Source: a virus
Taxonomy: Duplodnaviria > Caudoviricetes
Virus record (IMG/VR): IMGVR_UViG_3300017700_000102
Coordinates: 1-25,240 of that record
Length of the DNA stretch: 25,240 nt
Reading direction: 5' to 3' (one strand)
Position numbers and translations under genes: made by a program. Below are positions 22,975 to 25,240 of the stretch, in pieces (the stretch's first letter is position 1; each line of letters starts with the position of its first letter). Under the pieces are notes generated by a model. The model was not told where the DNA came from. It saw only the letters and a program-made list of their open reading frames with translations, and searched no databases.

Positions 22975-25240
22975 ATGTATTACGTTATCAACGCTGACGG
23001 TGAGGGTTATCAGTATGACCCCGAGAGCGGTGCGCCTCCTGCTGGAACCCAAGTTTTTTCGATGTCTGAAGAACAGGGGCTAGTACCGTACACCCCTCCA
23101 GCGGCCCCTGCTCCTGCCCCCGCCCCTGCTCCTGCGGGTATTGCTGCGCTTCCTACTCCTGACCCTGCCGGTGGGTCTTCTTTCTTTGGTGGCAATGAGT
23201 CTGCATCACCCCGCGCCCCAGCACCCCCTGCCCCTGCTCCGGAAGCTCCCCGCTACCTCATCATGGACGGCGACGGGAATAGCCGGGAGTACAACCCCGC
23301 TACTGAAGCGCCGCAGTCTGGAGCGGAAATCTTTCTCTTGCCTCCGGGTGGTGGCATGGTGCCGGTGGACCCGCGCACCCTCTCCTATGGGGGTACGGAT
23401 CATGGTGCAGCCGGGACGTTGGGCTATCAGTTGGCTAATTCTGGGGGTATGTACGGCAACGGGTTCACCAGTCCGGAGGCGGTCAGTGCGTTTCTTGCAC
23501 CCCATGTACCCGCTGGATACAACCTGACTCCAGCCATCCAAAAAGCTTGGCAGCAACAGCAAAGTCAGTTTGGTGGTTGGTCCGGTGCAGATGATCCCGG
23601 TCAGACGGCGCTGAAGATACTGGCGCAAGTTGAAGAGCCTTGGGCTAAGACTGCTACACAGCAAGTTCAACAAACCCCTGAGTTTGCACAAAGCCAAGCC
23701 GCTGGTACGGCCGCAGTCAACTACGACCCCGATGCGGGCACGTTATTTGGTATCCCCAATGAGATCGTTATGGGGTCTTTAGCAATTGCCGGGGGCCAAC
23801 TTTTGCCGGGGCTTTTCTCAGGCGCTGGCGCGGGTGTTGCAGAGGCGGTGGGTGCTGGCGCTGCAGAGGCGGCGGGTGCTGCTACTGCGGGTACGGGGGC
23901 GGGACTGCAGACGACGGTGATGCAATCACTGGCTAACTATCTTCCAGCTAACGTAGTTAGCGCACTACCCGGACTAGCTGAGCGGGCTGCAATCAATGCT
24001 GGTATGCAACTACTAACCACGGGTGAGATTGACCTAGAAAAGATTGTTACCTCCCTCGCTGTTAGCGGAGTTAGTAGTACTGTTGGTAGCACCGTAGCCG
24101 GGGCCATTGACGATAAACTTATTGCCTCCATTGCCAGCGGGGCTGCGCAAGGAGCTACATCTGCAGCGATCACAGGTAAAGATATTGTTTCTACTGCGCT
24201 GGCTAGCAGTGCAGCATCTGGCCTCGGGTTTGTTGCAAAAGATAATAATGTCAGCATTCCGCAACCGGTGATCAATGCCGTGATCAATTCTGTAGCAACG
24301 GGCGCACCGTTGGAATCTACGCTCATCAATGCAGCCTTGACCGCGGCAACCCCCTATGTGAAGGATGCTTTCACCTCGCTCACCAATACTACTCAGACCT
24401 ACGATGATGGTTCTACGTTGACAACAAACATACTTGGTAAGGTTGTTGGTTCTACAAACGCTTCCGACGCAGAGAACTCCTTCGATAGCGGGGAGATGGG
24501 CAAGATACTGGGCACCAATACTAATACCACCACTGCGGAAACAACGACTACTGCCCCCGATCAGTATGCCGCTGCGGGTACCAATACCATGACCGATGTT
24601 GGCCGTGACCCCTTTGGGGGATTGCAGTTGCGGGAGGGGGATAAAGTTGTTGATGGTTTTCTTGAGGAAGGGACAGGTGCGCGTATTGGGGTGGTGCAGC
24701 ACCCGAACCCAGATAACCCTGCGGCTCCTTACGAGTATGAAGTTAAATACGACCCTGCAACGGGGCAATACTTGTATAGAGACGCTACTGTAACTCAAGC
24801 CGGGGTAGTCGTGCAGTCGTGGCGCAACGCACCGCCTGTCTACACCTCCGCTACTGAAGAGGGAGGCACGGCAACCAAGGTAGCCGAAACGCTGCCTGAG
24901 GACACAACTCCTGTCGATACGCCGCCTGTAACGGATGAGGTACTTGTGCCTGTTGACACTACGCCTGTTGACACTACGCCTGTTGACACTACGGGAACCA
25001 CAGGCCCCACGACCACCACGGACCCCACGACCACGGACCCCACGACCACCACGGGAACCACAGGCCCCACGACCACCACGGACCCCACGACCACCACGGG
25101 AACCACAGGCCCCACGACCACGGACCCCACGACCACCACGGACCCCACGACCACGGACCCCACGACCACCACGGACCCCACGACCACCACGGGAACCACA
25201 GGCCCCACGACCACGGACCCCACGACCACCACGGACCCCA
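22975..25240 (+). CDS. Large low-complexity protein, 3'-truncated (>755 aa, not in ORF track); probable internal virion/ejection protein
   Basis: Read by hand: ATG 22975 (MYYVINADGEG...) with no in-frame stop to the window end. Pro/Ala linkers, a Gly/Ala-rich hydrophobic helical middle, and Thr-rich repeats. Follows the tail genes, where podophages encode ejection proteins. Confidence 0.8.
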   Translation, partial: MYYVINADGEGYQYDPESGAPPAGTQVFSMSEEQGLVPYTPPAAPAPAPAPAPAGIAALPTPDPAGGSSFFGGNESASPRAPAPPAPAPEAPRYLIMDGDGNSREYNPATEAPQSGAEIFLLPPGGGMVPVDPRTLSYGGTDHGAAGTLGYQLANSGGMYGNGFTSPEAVSAFLAPHVPAGYNLTPAIQKAWQQQQSQFGGWSGADDPGQTALKILAQVEEPWAKTATQQVQQTPEFAQSQAAGTAAVNYDPDAGTLFGIPNEIVMGSLAIAGGQLLPGLFSGAGAGVAEAVGAGAAEAAGAATAGTGAGLQTTVMQSLANYLPANVVSALPGLAERAAINAGMQLLTTGEIDLEKIVTSLAVSGVSSTVGSTVAGAIDDKLIASIASGAAQGATSAAITGKDIVSTALASSAASGLGFVAKDNNVSIPQPVINAVINSVATGAPLESTLINAALTAATPYVKDAFTSLTNTTQTYDDGSTLTTNILGKVVGSTNASDAENSFDSGEMGKILGTNTNTTTAETTTTAPDQYAAAGTNTMTDVGRDPFGGLQLREGDKVVDGFLEEGTGARIGVVQHPNPDNPAAPYEYEVKYDPATGQYLYRDATVTQAGVVVQSWRNAPPVYTSATEEGGTATKVAETLPEDTTPVDTPPVTDEVLVPVDTTPVDTTPVDTTGTTGPTTTTDPTTTDPTTTTGTTGPTTTTDPTTTTGTTGPTTTDPTTTTDPTTTDPTTTTDPTTTTGTTGPTTTDPTTTTDP
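24949..25240 (+). repeat. Coding tandem repeats: (PVDTT)x3 then mixed DPTTT(T)/GTTGPTTT(T) units
   Basis: CCTGTTGACACTACG x3 at 24949-24993, followed by near-identical GACCCCACGACC(ACC)ACG and GGAACCACAGGCCCCACGACC(ACC)ACG units to the end of the window. Confidence 0.95.

Noticed and set aside
23141-23527. 128-aa + strand ORF with hydrophobic N-terminus
   Set aside because: It is out of frame inside the long 22975 ORF, which has the coherent repeat structure and stays open to the end of the window.
76-25232. Numerous minus-strand ORFs in the track (e.g. 76-711, 3616-4575, 10498-11151, 24034-24798, 24840-25232)
   Set aside because: All are antisense shadows of well-supported + strand genes, with no recognisable motifs. 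The Val-rich 24840-25232 ORF is just the reverse of the Thr repeat.
24949-25240. Terminal repeat array as a CRISPR array
   Set aside because: There are no unique spacers. Units are 15-27 bp, multiples of three, and in frame within a coding sequence.

Overview
This window is the packaging and morphogenesis half of a tailed dsDNA bacteriophage with a podovirus-like layout. All credible genes lie on the + strand, tightly packed, often with overlapping stop/start codons. Gene order: small terminase, large terminase, P22-like portal, small protein, GroES-like co-chaperonin, scaffold, hypothetical, capsid-associated protein, major capsid protein (Mu gpT-like). A terminator follows, then a separately bounded unit (promoter-like site, pseudoknot-forming leader, 170-aa gene, terminator). 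Next come a GT-A glycosyltransferase, a cluster of tiny Lys/Arg/Gly/Met-rich genes sharing peptide motifs, two head-tail adaptor-like genes with a Zn-ribbon gene, small tail proteins, and a mosaic tail fibre with an S74 chaperone domain. A lysis cassette (TM protein, secreted Cys-rich protein, holin, M15 endolysin) sits inside the tail module, followed by the tail tubular/stabilisation protein, a tail-associated protein and a >755-aa ORF with Thr-rich repeats running off the end. Seven ORFs read by hand are absent from the ORF track. A Gram-negative aquatic host is inferred from the gene set, not shown. The most interesting signals are the shared [FYM]xxGG and RxxGxAx[KR]G motifs in the small basic proteins, the three-helix interleaved RNA downstream of the capsid gene, and the glycosyltransferase alongside Thr-rich virion proteins. 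All product calls come from motif recognition and synteny; no searches were run.
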